Source: Planctomycetota bacterium (GTDB lineage: Bacteria > Planctomycetota > UBA1135 > UBA2386). Taken from it: a stretch of DNA of 64,000 bases. The DNA lies in contig JBKAGP010000001.1 of NCBI GenBank assembly GCA_046290465.1, positions 416,001 to 480,000 on the forward strand, in the 5' to 3' direction. Below the pieces are notes generated by a model. It worked only from the letters and a program-made list of their open reading frames with translations. It was not told where the DNA came from and did not search any database. The position numbers were made by a program, and so were the translations under genes. The stretch's first letter is position 1, and each line of letters opens with the position of its first letter. Shown piece after piece: positions 19,884-30,453 of this stretch.

Positions 19884-19993
19884 TGTTTCGTTCGCGACGT
19901 CGGCGCGGGTGAGTTCCGGGTCCCGGCGTGGCGACGTTCTCAGGGTGGCCACGCCGCTGTTGCGTCACCCGGTCGCAGGCCATCGTGCGTTGC

Positions 19994-20063
19994 CTGTCGA
20001 GTCGTGGCTGTCGAGTCGTGGCTGTCGAGTCGCGGCTGTCGAGTCGCGGCCACCGAGTCCCGC
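19994..20063. repeat. 14-bp tandem repeat CTGTCGAGTCG(T/C)GG x4 plus one degenerate copy
   Basis: Units start at 19994, 20008, 20022, 20036, 20050; no spacers. Confidence 0.9.
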
Positions 20064-20094
20064 GCGCAGCACGCATGCTGCGCCAGCAGGGAAA

Positions 20095-20168
20095 TGGAGG
20101 TCGCGGGCGGAATCGAACCGCCGTAGACGGATTTGCAATCCGTTGCCTAACCACTTGGCTACGCGACC
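20095..20168 (-). tRNA. tRNA-Cys(GCA), CCA encoded
   Basis: Reverse complement GGTCGCG...ACGGA-TTGCAAA-TCCGT...GGCGG-TTCGATT-CCGCC-CGCGACC-T-CCA. Confidence 0.96.
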
Positions 20169-20305
20169 TTGCGGGGCAGCAAGGTAGCCGTCGGTGAAGG
20201 TGGCGCAAGAGGCAATCCTGTGCCGGACCCAGAATGCTGTCCGGCGGACGTCGCGACTCGCTATGCTGCTCGCCCCCGTCGAACGGGCAAGAACCCCCAG
20301 ACTTC

Positions 20306-20560
20306 GTGAAGACCAAGAAGAACATCCATTTCGAGTTCAGCCAGGACCTCGTCCGCGAGCCGCTGCTCTACCAGATCAACCGCTCGTTCGACGTCGTCGT
20401 GAACATCCGCGGCGCGTCGGTGACCGACGAGGGCGGCTTCATCGCCCTCGAGCTGGAGGGCACCGACGAGGAGCTCCAGCGCGTGCTCGACTACCTCAAG
20501 GGCCAGGGCGTCAAGCTCGGCGAAGGCCTGGGCGACGAAGGCGGCAGCCAGGAGCAATAG
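20306..20560 (+). CDS. Stand-alone NIL (ACT-like) domain protein
   Basis: GTG20306; EPLLYQINRSFDVVVNIRGASV...GFIALELEG...LDYLKGQGV matches the NIL pattern. Confidence 0.82.
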   Translation: MKTKKNIHFEFSQDLVREPLLYQINRSFDVVVNIRGASVTDEGGFIALELEGTDEELQRVLDYLKGQGVKLGEGLGDEGGSQEQ

Positions 20561-22249
20561 ATGAAGGTGCGCGCGCTCGGGGCGTTCTTGTTCACGGTCG
20601 TGCTGCTCGGCAGCGTCGGCCCGCAGCCCAACGACCTGGTCGCCCGCGGCGAGCACGGGGTCGTGGTCACGCAGGATCCGCATGCGACCCAGGTCGGCAT
20701 CGACGTGCTGCGCAACGGCGGCAACGCGGTCGACGCGGCGGTGGCGGTGGCGCTGACGCTGGCGGTGACGCACCCGCAGGCGGGCAACCTCGGCGGCGGC
20801 GGCTTCTTCGTCTACCGCAAGCTCGACGGCACGGTCGAGACGATCGACTTCCGTGAGCGCGCCCCGAAGTCGGCGACGCGCGACATGTACCTGAAGGCCG
20901 ACGGTTCGGTCGACAACGACAAGGTGCAGCTCGGGGTCACCGCGGCCGGCGTGCCGGGCAGTCCCGCCGGCATGCTGCACGCGCTGCAGAAGTTCGGCAC
21001 CAAGAGCCTCGCCGAGCTGGCCGAACCGGCGATCCGGCTGGCGCGCGAGGGCTTCCCGGTCGACCAGCACCTGGCCGGCTCGCTGCGATACAAGCGGCGC
21101 CAGCTGTCGCGGTTCGCCTCGACCCGCAAGATCTTCTTCAAGGACGGCGCCCCGCTCGGGCAGGGGGACGTGCTGGTGCAGACCGATCTCGCCGACACGC
21201 TGCAGCGGTTCGCCGAGGGCGGCCAGAAGGGCTTCTACGACGGCGAGACCGCCGCGCGGCTGGCGGCGCACATGGAACGCGACGGCGGCTTCGTCACCGT
21301 CGACGACCTGCGCGCCTACGCGCCGGCCGAACGCGCGCCGCTGCGCACGACCTACCGCGGCTACGAAGTCATCAGCATGGGGCCGCCTTCGTCGGGCGGC
21401 GTCGCGATGATCCAGATGCTGAACATGCTGTCCGCCTACGACCTGGCGCAGTTCGGGTGGGGGAGCAGTGACTACATCCACCTGCTGACCGAGGTGATGC
21501 GGCGCGCCTACGCCGACCGCGGCCGCTGGCTCGGCGACCCGGACTTCTACGAGGTTCCGGTCGAAGGCCTGATCAGCAAGGACTACGCCCGCCAGCGCGG
21601 GGCGACGATCGACCTCGACAAGGTCAGCAAGGTCGCGCCCGGCGTGCCGGCCGGCAGGAAGGAGTCGGACGACACGACGCACTTCTCGATCATCGATCGC
21701 GACGGCAACGCGGTGTCGTGCACGACCACGATCAACTCGACGTTCGGCTCGTGCTGCATCGCCGACGGCTGCGGCTTCTTCCTGAACAACGAGATGGACG
21801 ACTTCTCGGCGAAGCCGGGGGTGCCCAACCAGTTCGGCCTGATCGGCGGCAAGGCCAACGCGATCGAGCCCGGCAAGCGCATGCTGTCGTCAATGACGCC
21901 GACGATCGTCTGCAAGGACGGCAAGCTGCGCTACGTGATCGGCGCGCCCGGTGGCGGCCGCATCATCACCGCGGTGACGCAGGTGCTGCTCAACTGTGTC
22001 GACCACGGCATGCCGCTCGACCTCGCCGTCGAAGCGCCGCGCGTGCACCACCAGTGGCTGCCCGACCACATCCAGTGGGAACCGCTGGCGCTGCCCGGTG
22101 ACGTGCGGCGGGCGCTGGCGGCCAAGGGACACCACTTCGCCGACTCGCCGCGCGGCATCGCGCTGGTGTTCGCGGCCGAACTGCGAGACGACGGCACCCG
22201 CGTCGGCGTCGCGGATGTTCGCAGTGGCGGTGCGGCTGCGGCATACTGA
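20561..22249 (+). CDS. ggt: Gamma-glutamyltransferase
   Basis: Signal peptide; GGNAVDAAVA, GGGGF, DFRERAP, autoprocessing T in DTTHFS, NNEMDDF, PGKRMLSSMTP. Confidence 0.96.
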   Translation: MKVRALGAFLFTVVLLGSVGPQPNDLVARGEHGVVVTQDPHATQVGIDVLRNGGNAVDAAVAVALTLAVTHPQAGNLGGGGFFVYRKLDGTVETIDFRERAPKSATRDMYLKADGSVDNDKVQLGVTAAGVPGSPAGMLHALQKFGTKSLAELAEPAIRLAREGFPVDQHLAGSLRYKRRQLSRFASTRKIFFKDGAPLGQGDVLVQTDLADTLQRFAEGGQKGFYDGETAARLAAHMERDGGFVTVDDLRAYAPAERAPLRTTYRGYEVISMGPPSSGGVAMIQMLNMLSAYDLAQFGWGSSDYIHLLTEVMRRAYADRGRWLGDPDFYEVPVEGLISKDYARQRGATIDLDKVSKVAPGVPAGRKESDDTTHFSIIDRDGNAVSCTTTINSTFGSCCIADGCGFFLNNEMDDFSAKPGVPNQFGLIGGKANAIEPGKRMLSSMTPTIVCKDGKLRYVIGAPGGGRIITAVTQVLLNCVDHGMPLDLAVEAPRVHHQWLPDHIQWEPLALPGDVRRALAAKGHHFADSPRGIALVFAAELRDDGTRVGVADVRSGGAAAAY

Positions 22250-22254
22250 GGCCG

Positions 22255-22953
<699 letters not shown>

Positions 22954-23010
22954 ACGCTGGCCCGTAGCCCGCTCAGCAGGTATCTTCTCCCACTTCCCCC
23001 AACTTTCTGA

Positions 23011-23979
23011 ATGGCAGCGAACGACATGGCTTGGACCCGCTTCGGCAAGAAGAAGGACATGCCCGGTGGGCTCTGGATCAAGTGCGAGTCCTGTGGGGCG
23101 ATGCTCTTCCGCAAGGAATTCGAGCAGCGCAACCGGGTCTGCCAGAACTGCAACTACCACTTCACGCTGCCGGCGCGTGAGCGCGTCGCGCTGACGGCCG
23201 ACGAGGGCTCGTTCGACGAGATCTGGGATCGCCTCGGCGCCGAGGACGTGCTCGAGTTCAACGACCGCATGCCCTACGGCGAGAAGCTCAAGGCGACGCG
23301 CGCCAAGACCGGCGAGTCGGACGCGATGGTCACCGGCCTCGCCAAGATCAAGGGCATCCCGTGCGCGCTGGGGGTGATGAACTTCCAGTTCCTCGGCGGC
23401 TCGATGGGCATGGTCGTCGGCGAGAAGATCGCGCGGTTGTGCGAACGCGCGCTCGCGGACGGCCTGCCGGTGGTGCTGTTCGCGTGCTCGGGCGGGGCCC
23501 GCATGCACGAGGGTGCGGTCTCGCTGATGCAGATGGCCAAGACCTGCGGTGCGCTGCAGAAGCTGCACGCCGCCGGCGGTGTCTCGATCTCGGTGATGAC
23601 GCACCCGACCACGGGCGGCGTCACCGCGTCGTTCGCGTCGGTCTGTGACTTCCTGATCGCCGAGCCCGGCGCGCTGATCGGCTTCGCCGGCCCGCGCGTG
23701 ATCGCGACCACCATCAAGAAGGAGCTGCCGAAGGGCTTCCAGCGCTCGGAGTTCTTGCTCGAGAAGGGTCAGATCGACCGCATCGTCGACCGCGCGCAGC
23801 TGCGCGACGAACTGGCGCGGCTGTTGGCCTACGCCACCGGCGGCGATCCGGTCGCCGCCTACAAGCCGGAGAAGGCTGCCGGCGGCGATGCGCCGGCCGA
23901 GGCCGAGGCCGCTGCCGACGACAAGCCGGCGAAGAAGGCCAAGAAGACCAGGTCCAAGGCCAAGGCCAAGAAGGACTGA
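23011..23979 (+). CDS. accD: Acetyl-CoA carboxylase carboxyltransferase beta subunit
   Basis: Zn finger WIKCESC...CQNC, FLGGSMG, SGGARM, PTTGGVTASFA, GFAGPRVI; Lys-rich tail; start may be 23026. Confidence 0.96.
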   Translation: MAANDMAWTRFGKKKDMPGGLWIKCESCGAMLFRKEFEQRNRVCQNCNYHFTLPARERVALTADEGSFDEIWDRLGAEDVLEFNDRMPYGEKLKATRAKTGESDAMVTGLAKIKGIPCALGVMNFQFLGGSMGMVVGEKIARLCERALADGLPVVLFACSGGARMHEGAVSLMQMAKTCGALQKLHAAGGVSISVMTHPTTGGVTASFASVCDFLIAEPGALIGFAGPRVIATTIKKELPKGFQRSEFLLEKGQIDRIVDRAQLRDELARLLAYATGGDPVAAYKPEKAAGGDAPAEAEAAADDKPAKKAKKTRSKAKAKKD

Positions 23980-23983
23980 TCGC

Positions 23984-25033
23984 ATGAAGCCGATGCGCCC
24001 CGTCCCGCGGGGCTGCGGCGCCGGCTTGTTCGACGGCCGCTACAAGGTGGAGCCCGAGGACTTCGTCGTCGAGGAGGTCCCGGCCTACGAGCCGAGCGGC
24101 GAGGGCCAGCACGTCTGGCTCTGGGTCGAGAAGCGCGGGCTGTCGACGCTCGACATGCTTAAGGAGTTCGGGCGGCAGCTCGGCCGCCACGAGAAGTCGT
24201 TCGGCATCGCCGGCCTCAAGGACGCGCGCGCGATCAGCCGGCAGTGGGTCAGCGTCGACCTCGGCGACGAACGCGCCTGCCGCGAGCTCGACGGCCAGGG
24301 CTTCCGGGTGCTGAAGGTCTCGCGACACGGCAACAAGCTGCGGCTCGGGCATTCGCGCGGCAATCGCTTCGAGATCGTGCTGCGCCACTGCAGCGACGGG
24401 GCGCTCGAGATCGCGCAGCAGAACCTCGCCGAGCTCGAGGAGAACGGGGTGCCGAACTACTTCGGCGAGCAGCGCTTCGGCAAGCGCGGCGCCAACCTGG
24501 CCAAGGGCCTCGAGGCGCTGCGCGGCGACGCGCGGCAGATGTCGCGGCGCATGCCGCGCCGGGTCTTCGGCCTGGTGCTCTCGGCCGTGCAGAGCGAGCT
24601 GTTCAACCGGGTCGTTGGCAAGCGGCTCGACCGCCTCTCTACCATCCTGCCCGGTGACCTCGCGCAGCTGCACAAGAACGGCGCGGTGTTCACGGTCGAG
24701 GACCCGCAGCAGGAGCAGGCCCGCGCCGATGCGCTCGAACTGTCGCCGTCCGGGCCGATGCCGGGGCCGGACATGATGGTGCCGACCGGCGAGCCGCTCG
24801 AGATCGAGCTGCAGGCGCTGGCAGAACTGTCGCTGACCGGTGAGGAGTTCAACGACCTGCCGTTCGGCCTGGCTCGCGGCGAACGTCGGCCGCTCCGCTG
24901 CCCGCTCAAGAAGCCCTCGGCCCGGGCCCACGAGCACGGCGTGCACCTCGGCTTCACGCTGCCGAAGGGCAGCTACGCCACGTCGGTGCTGCGCGAACTG
25001 CTGACCGACACGATCTGGTTCGCGCAGCGGTAG
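23984..25033 (+). CDS. truD: tRNA pseudouridine(13) synthase
   Basis: PEDFVVEE, AGLKDARA, GNRFEI, PNYFGEQRFG, FTLPKGSYAT. Confidence 0.96.
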   Translation: MKPMRPVPRGCGAGLFDGRYKVEPEDFVVEEVPAYEPSGEGQHVWLWVEKRGLSTLDMLKEFGRQLGRHEKSFGIAGLKDARAISRQWVSVDLGDERACRELDGQGFRVLKVSRHGNKLRLGHSRGNRFEIVLRHCSDGALEIAQQNLAELEENGVPNYFGEQRFGKRGANLAKGLEALRGDARQMSRRMPRRVFGLVLSAVQSELFNRVVGKRLDRLSTILPGDLAQLHKNGAVFTVEDPQQEQARADALELSPSGPMPGPDMMVPTGEPLEIELQALAELSLTGEEFNDLPFGLARGERRPLRCPLKKPSARAHEHGVHLGFTLPKGSYATSVLRELLTDTIWFAQR

Positions 25034-25042
25034 CCGGTCGCC

Positions 25043-26812
25043 CTACCCGAGCACGTCGGCCAGCCCAGAACGGCGAGCCGGCCACAGGCGCAGGCCGGCG
25101 TCGAGCAGCTGCGCGTCGGCGCAGACGACGGCCTTGCGGCGGGCCCGCGTGACGCCGGTGTAGATCAGCGACGCGTGGTTGAGCGGGCTCTCCACGTCGG
25201 GCAGCACCAGCAGCACGTGGTCGAACTCGCTGCCCTGCGCCTTGTGCACGGTCATCGCCCAGGCGGTCTCGTGGGCGGGCAGGCGGCGCGGGCTCAGTTC
25301 GCGCGTGCGGCCGTTCTGGTCGCGGATCCAGACCACCGGCGAGCCGTCGTCGCGGCGCCCGCAGACGCCGAGGTCGCCGTTCCAGATGCGGTTGTTCTGG
25401 TCGTTGGCGGTCACCAGGATCGGGCGGCCGACGTAGTACGGCTCGTCGGTGCGGTGGCCGCGCTCGGCGAGGTGGCGCTCGACGTGCTGGTTCCACTGCA
25501 CCGCGCCGGTCGGGCCGAGCCGCATCGCGGTCAGCACGCGCGCGTGCGGGATCGCCGCCAACGCGCGCTCGGGGTCGTTGGCCAGCGCCGCGTCCAGCAG
25601 GTGCTCGAGCTGCGGCAAGAACGTCGCCAGCGCCGCGTCGGGATCGTGCAGCAGCGACAGGTCGTCGTGGCCGTGGCGCAGCGCCTCGAGCGCGCGGTCG
25701 GGTTGCCGCTGCATCAACGCCTGCGCGAACGCGCCGATGCCCGGCTGCTTGCCGAAGCGGTGGTTCTTCCACAGCGAGACCGTGGCGTTGGCGATCGGCG
25801 CGGCGTCCATCTGGGTCGCGACCTCCATGCCGGTCGCCTCGCGCACGAACGTCGCAAGCTCGGCGCCGAGGCCGCGCTCGGGGCGGGCGGCGTGGGTCAG
25901 GTCGCCGAGCACCTGGCCGGCGGCGACGGCGGCCAGCTGGTCCTTGTCGCCGACCAGCACCAGCCGCGCCCGTTCGTGCAGCGCGTCGCACAGCACCGCG
26001 AAGATCGCCGGGTCGACCATCGAGACCTCGTCGACGACGACCAGGTCGAACGGCAGCTGCTGGTCGCGGCCGAACCGGAACGCGTCGTCGAGCGGCAGGT
26101 AGCCGAGCAGCCGGTGCAGGGTGCGGGGCTCGAGGTCGCGCAGCGGCTCGGCCAGCTCGGGCCGTTCGGCGCCGCGTTCTGCCAGCGCTTCGCCGAGCCG
26201 CGCCGCCGCCTTGCCGGTCGGCGCAGCGATCGCGACGCGCAGCGTCGGGTCGTCGTGCAGCAGCACCGACAGCAGCTTGGCGACGGTGGTGGTCTTGCCG
26301 GTGCCCGGTCCGCCGCACAGCACCGTCAGCGAACGGGTGGCCCCGGCGACGACCGCGGCGAGCTGCCAATCGGGTTCGCTCGGTTGTCCGTCCGGCAGCA
26401 GCGACACGGTCTGCAGCGTCTCGCGCAGCTGGGCGGCACTGCGCAGCGGCGGCCGCTGCAGCCGGTCGGAGACGAACGCGGCGATGCGGCGCTCGGCGCG
26501 GAAGTGCCGCAGCGTGTAGAGGCGGTGCCGTTCGTCGAGCACCAACGGCAGCGGCGCCGCTCCCGGCGCGTCCGTCGTGACCACGCCGGTCGCGAGCAGG
26601 CCGTCCCGCGCTTCCTGCAGCGTCGGTCGCGGCGGTTCGTCGTCGAGCGGCGGCTCGTCGCACCAGGCGGCGAGGTCGATGCAGACGTGGCCCTCGTCGC
26701 GCGCGGTGCCCAGCATCAGGCACGCCCGTCGCAACAACTCGAGATCGCCGCCGCTGCCGAGCCGCGTCAGCAGGTCGGCGTGCAGCGTCGCCAGCGTCGG
26801 GGACGCGCTCAT
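25043..26812 (-). CDS. recD: Exodeoxyribonuclease V alpha subunit
   Basis: ATG26812 overlaps recB stop; GGPGTGKTT, APTGKAAARL, TLHRLLG, DEVSMVD, TVHKAQGSEF, YTGVTRAR. Confidence 0.95.
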   Translation of the reverse strand: MSASPTLATLHADLLTRLGSGGDLELLRRACLMLGTARDEGHVCIDLAAWCDEPPLDDEPPRPTLQEARDGLLATGVVTTDAPGAAPLPLVLDERHRLYTLRHFRAERRIAAFVSDRLQRPPLRSAAQLRETLQTVSLLPDGQPSEPDWQLAAVVAGATRSLTVLCGGPGTGKTTTVAKLLSVLLHDDPTLRVAIAAPTGKAAARLGEALAERGAERPELAEPLRDLEPRTLHRLLGYLPLDDAFRFGRDQQLPFDLVVVDEVSMVDPAIFAVLCDALHERARLVLVGDKDQLAAVAAGQVLGDLTHAARPERGLGAELATFVREATGMEVATQMDAAPIANATVSLWKNHRFGKQPGIGAFAQALMQRQPDRALEALRHGHDDLSLLHDPDAALATFLPQLEHLLDAALANDPERALAAIPHARVLTAMRLGPTGAVQWNQHVERHLAERGHRTDEPYYVGRPILVTANDQNNRIWNGDLGVCGRRDDGSPVVWIRDQNGRTRELSPRRLPAHETAWAMTVHKAQGSEFDHVLLVLPDVESPLNHASLIYTGVTRARRKAVVCADAQLLDAGLRLWPARRSGLADVLG

Positions 26813-29800
26813 CGCCGTTCCTCCCGAGCCCAGTCGTCGAGTGCTTCGACCAGCGCGCGCGGCGGCCGATCGTGGAACATGCCGCTGGTCTCGCCCGGCA
26901 GCGCGCCGCGCAGGAACGCGTAGCAGGCGCCGCCGAAGTGGCGATCGTAGTCGTAGTCGGGCAGGCGCGCGGTCAGGTGGCGGTGCCAGGCGAGCACGTA
27001 GAGGTGGTACTGCAGCACGTAGTCGTGGTGCTGCATCGCGTCGCGCACCGCCTCGTCGCTGTAGTCGGAGGCCTCGTTGCCGAGGTGGTTCGACTTCCAG
27101 TCGACGACCCAGTAGCGGCCGTCGTGCTCGGCGATCAGGTCGGCGAAGCCGGTCAGGAAGCCGGCCAGCGCGCGCGGGTTCAGCATGCGCAGGCGGTCGG
27201 CGTAGTCCGCGGCGACCTCGCCGCCGTGCTCGGCGAACCGCGTGGCCAGGCCCTGCGGGTCGGGCACCCCGATCGGCATCGTGAACTTCCACTCGACCAG
27301 GCGCCGGCCGCGGCACAGCTCGGCAATCGACGGGCCGTCGGCCGACGTGCGCGCCGCGGCGAGGTCGCGCAGGTTCTGCAGCACCGCGCCGGCCGGATCG
27401 AGGTCGCCCGGGTGGGCGTCGGCGTCGGCGAGGCCGTGGTGGGTCAAGGTGCGCTCGACGGCCCGGCGCGCGGCGTGCTCGTCGAGTCGGTCGAGGTCGA
27501 CGTTCTCGAGGATCGTGTGCAGGCACTGGCCGGCCTCGGCGCCGCGCGCGAAGCCGAAGATGCCGTCGCCCGGCGCGTCGTTGCGCAGCGCCGGGTCGCG
27601 GACCTCGTGCGCGTGGGCGCCCGGCTCGCTGCCGGCGACCAGCGACGAGAAGCTGTGCACTGCCAGCGGGCGGCGGCCGGGGACCTCGCGGCGGCGGCCG
27701 GCGACGACCGCGCGGCGCGCCGGCGATCCGGTCCGTTCGTCGGCTACCGGTGCGCGTGCCGCCGCGGCCTGCGCGGCCCGATCGACGCTAGCCCGGTCGA
27801 CGCTGGCCCGGTCGACGCCGATGCGGTCGACGCCGATAGCACCGTGGGTCGCCTCGACGAGCTTGTCGAGTTCGGCGTACATCGAGCCGGAGCCGGCGCG
27901 GTAGGCCTTGCCCCACTCGATCTGCCAGCCCTGCTTGTCGGCGGCCGGCGACGGGTCGAGCAGCCAGGCCAGCGCGCTCCAGTGGTAGCCGCCCTGGTAG
28001 GTGCCGATCGGCGCCCAGTGCACGTAGCAGCGCCGCTTGGCGCGGGTCAGCGCGACGTAGCACAGGCGCACGTCCTCGGCGAGGCGGTCGGCCTCGAGGC
28101 GCTGCCAGTCCGGATCGGCCTTGTCGGTCTCGAACGCAAACCGGCGGCCGCGCTCGGGTTCGTCGCCGCGCGGCAGCGAGACGTTGCGGGTCTGCTCGTT
28201 GCGCCCGTCCCACAAGAACGGACAGAACACCACGTCGTACTCGAGGCCCTTGCTGCCGTGCATCGTCAGGATCTGCACCGCGTCCTCGTCGGATTCGAGG
28301 CGCAGCTCGCGGCGCTGGTAGTCGATCTCGTCCTTGTGGGTGCGCTCGTGCCGCAGCCAGTGCAGCAGGCCTTCGGGCGACAGCCGGTGGTCGTGCTCCG
28401 CTTCGTGCAGCATCTCGCACAGCTGCTGCAGGTTGGTCAGCCGGCGTTCCCCGTCGTTGCGCGCGAGCATGCGCGTGTCGGCCTCGAGCTCCTGCAAGAG
28501 CTGCTCCTTCATCGCGACGAAGCCGCGATGGATCCACAGCTGGCGCCAGCGATCGAGGCGCATCAGCTCGGCCTCGAGGCGGTGTTCGTCGCGGTCGAGT
28601 TCGACCAGGTCGAGCGCGTCGAGCCCCCAGATGCGCGTGGTCAGCGCCGCGCGGGCGCGCATCAGGTCGTTGGGGCGCAGGATCGCGACCAACAGCCGTT
28701 CGAGTTCGATCAGCTCCTCGGTCTCGAACACGTCACCGGCCTTGCCGATCACCGACACCACCCCGGCTTCCCGCAGGTGCTCCTGCACCAGCACCGCCTC
28801 GACGTTGCGGCGCGTCAGCACCGCGATGTGGCGCGGCAGCAGCGGCTTGCCGTCGCGCTGCACGCCGCCGTCGAGCAGGCGGCGGATCTCGGCGGTGACG
28901 TCGGCGGCGATGCGACGGCGGCTTTCGTCGGGCTTGAGGTGGGTGGGCTGGCCCTTGCCGTCCTGCTCGAACGCGAACGTGCGGAAGCGCAGCGCCGGTG
29001 CGGTGCGCGTCGCGTCGGCGGGATCGTCGAGCTGGAGCTCGGTCGGTCCGGCGTTGGCGCGCACCTTGTGCATGCGGATGTCGTGCTCGACGAACGCGCC
29101 GGTGCGCCCGAACAGCTGGTTGACCGACTGGACCAGCTGCTGCGACGAACGGAAGTTGCGATCGAGCGTGTTCTTGGTGACGGCGTCCTCGACCGCGGTC
29201 AGGTAGGTGCGCAGGTCGGCGCCGCGGAAGCCGTAGATCGACTGCTTGGGGTCGCCGACCAGGAACAGCGGCCGGTTGGCGAACGCCGTCGACAGGATCT
29301 CGTATTGGCGGTCGTCGGTGTCCTGGAACTCGTCGATCAGCGCGACGCGGTAGCGCTCGCCGAGCGCGCGCAGCAGCGGCTCGCGGCGGCGCGGGTGGCG
29401 GATTGCGCCGTGCGCCTTGCCCAGCAGGTCGTCGAACGTCAGCACCGCGCGGTCCTGCTTGAGCGCCGACAGCCGGACGTCCATGCGTCGCAGCAGCTCC
29501 GTGCGCAGGTGGTCGAGCGTCACCTGCCAGCGTGCGTGCACCTCCTCGCAGCCGGCGAAGAACGGCCGCTCCAGCTTGAACTCGTCGTTCTTCAGGATGC
29601 GCTTCTTCATCGGCGTCGGCGCCAGCGTGTCGAGGAACTCGAGGCAGCGCTCGGGGTGCTCGACCATCCAGGCGGCGTGTTGGCGCAGGTAGCCGTGCAG
29701 ATCGCCACGGCCCGGCGCCTTGTTGCTGTCGCCGGCCTTGCGCCAGCGGAACCCCTCGATGTCGCCGATCAGCTGGTCGTCCCACGTCGCCGCCGCCGCA

Positions 29801-30453
29801 TGCACGGCGGCGCGCAGGTTGCTCAGGTGCACGCCGAACTGCGGCTCGTCGGGATCGAGCGCGGCGTCGGGGTAGCGCCGCCAGCCGCGGTAGAGGCGGA
29901 CCAGTTCGTCCGGGGGCAGCTTGGCGTGGTGCATCACCGCGCCGAACATCGGGCCGTCGTGCTCGCGCAGCGAGCGCAGCGCGTCGGCCGCCGCGTCGTG
30001 CCACAAGGGGCCCTCGTCGACGGCGAAGTCGAGGTCGAACGGCTGGTCGCTCTCGAACGCGGACTCCTCAAGCAGGCGCTTGCAGAAGCCGTGGATGGTC
30101 ATCACCGAGGCCTGGTCGAACTCGTCGAGCGCGCGCCGCAGCCGCTGGGCTCCCTGCTTGCCGTGGCGACGCAGCCCGGCGAAGAACTCGTCCTGGTCGT
30201 CGGCGCCGAGGCACACGGCCAGCGCGCGTCGGATGCCGGCCCGCAGGCGGTTCTTGAGTTCGTCGGCGGCGGCGACCGTGAACGTCACCACCAGCGCCTG
30301 CTCGACGTGCTCGACCACCCCTTCGAGCAGCATGCGCACCAGGATGCCGGTGATCGTGTAGGTCTTGCCGGTGCCCGCGCTCGCCTCGAGCAGCACGGTG
30401 CCTTCGTCGAGCGGCGCGTCGGCCAGCGCGAACCGTTGGTAGCCGTTGGCCAT
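26809..30453 (-). CDS. recB: Exodeoxyribonuclease V beta subunit
   Basis: ATG30453; EASAGTGKT, DEFQDTD, GDPKQSIYGFRGAD, TMHGSKGLEY, YVALTRAK, nuclease GFADL...DWKSNHLG, QYHLY. Confidence 0.96.
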   Translation of the reverse strand: MANGYQRFALADAPLDEGTVLLEASAGTGKTYTITGILVRMLLEGVVEHVEQALVVTFTVAAADELKNRLRAGIRRALAVCLGADDQDEFFAGLRRHGKQGAQRLRRALDEFDQASVMTIHGFCKRLLEESAFESDQPFDLDFAVDEGPLWHDAAADALRSLREHDGPMFGAVMHHAKLPPDELVRLYRGWRRYPDAALDPDEPQFGVHLSNLRAAVHAAAATWDDQLIGDIEGFRWRKAGDSNKAPGRGDLHGYLRQHAAWMVEHPERCLEFLDTLAPTPMKKRILKNDEFKLERPFFAGCEEVHARWQVTLDHLRTELLRRMDVRLSALKQDRAVLTFDDLLGKAHGAIRHPRRREPLLRALGERYRVALIDEFQDTDDRQYEILSTAFANRPLFLVGDPKQSIYGFRGADLRTYLTAVEDAVTKNTLDRNFRSSQQLVQSVNQLFGRTGAFVEHDIRMHKVRANAGPTELQLDDPADATRTAPALRFRTFAFEQDGKGQPTHLKPDESRRRIAADVTAEIRRLLDGGVQRDGKPLLPRHIAVLTRRNVEAVLVQEHLREAGVVSVIGKAGDVFETEELIELERLLVAILRPNDLMRARAALTTRIWGLDALDLVELDRDEHRLEAELMRLDRWRQLWIHRGFVAMKEQLLQELEADTRMLARNDGERRLTNLQQLCEMLHEAEHDHRLSPEGLLHWLRHERTHKDEIDYQRRELRLESDEDAVQILTMHGSKGLEYDVVFCPFLWDGRNEQTRNVSLPRGDEPERGRRFAFETDKADPDWQRLEADRLAEDVRLCYVALTRAKRRCYVHWAPIGTYQGGYHWSALAWLLDPSPAADKQGWQIEWGKAYRAGSGSMYAELDKLVEATHGAIGVDRIGVDRASVDRASVDRAAQAAAARAPVADERTGSPARRAVVAGRRREVPGRRPLAVHSFSSLVAGSEPGAHAHEVRDPALRNDAPGDGIFGFARGAEAGQCLHTILENVDLDRLDEHAARRAVERTLTHHGLADADAHPGDLDPAGAVLQNLRDLAAARTSADGPSIAELCRGRRLVEWKFTMPIGVPDPQGLATRFAEHGGEVAADYADRLRMLNPRALAGFLTGFADLIAEHDGRYWVVDWKSNHLGNEASDYSDEAVRDAMQHHDYVLQYHLYVLAWHRHLTARLPDYDYDRHFGGACYAFLRGALPGETSGMFHDRPPRALVEALDDWAREERR
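27775..27837 (-). repeat. In-frame 15-bp tandem repeat in the RecB helicase-nuclease linker (VDRIG VDRAS VDRAS VDRAA)
   Basis: Repeated cggtcgacgc cores at a 15-bp period. Confidence 0.75.

Noticed and set aside
19994..20063. CRISPR array (also considered for 42251-42337 and 44286-44355)
   Set aside because: Units are adjacent with no unique spacers, mostly too short, and no cas genes are present.
19629..20305. Genomic island or prophage at the tRNAs, and small ORFs overlapping them
   Set aside because: No adjacent integrase and no duplicated tRNA 3' end seen; the ORFs overlap tRNA genes and repeats.
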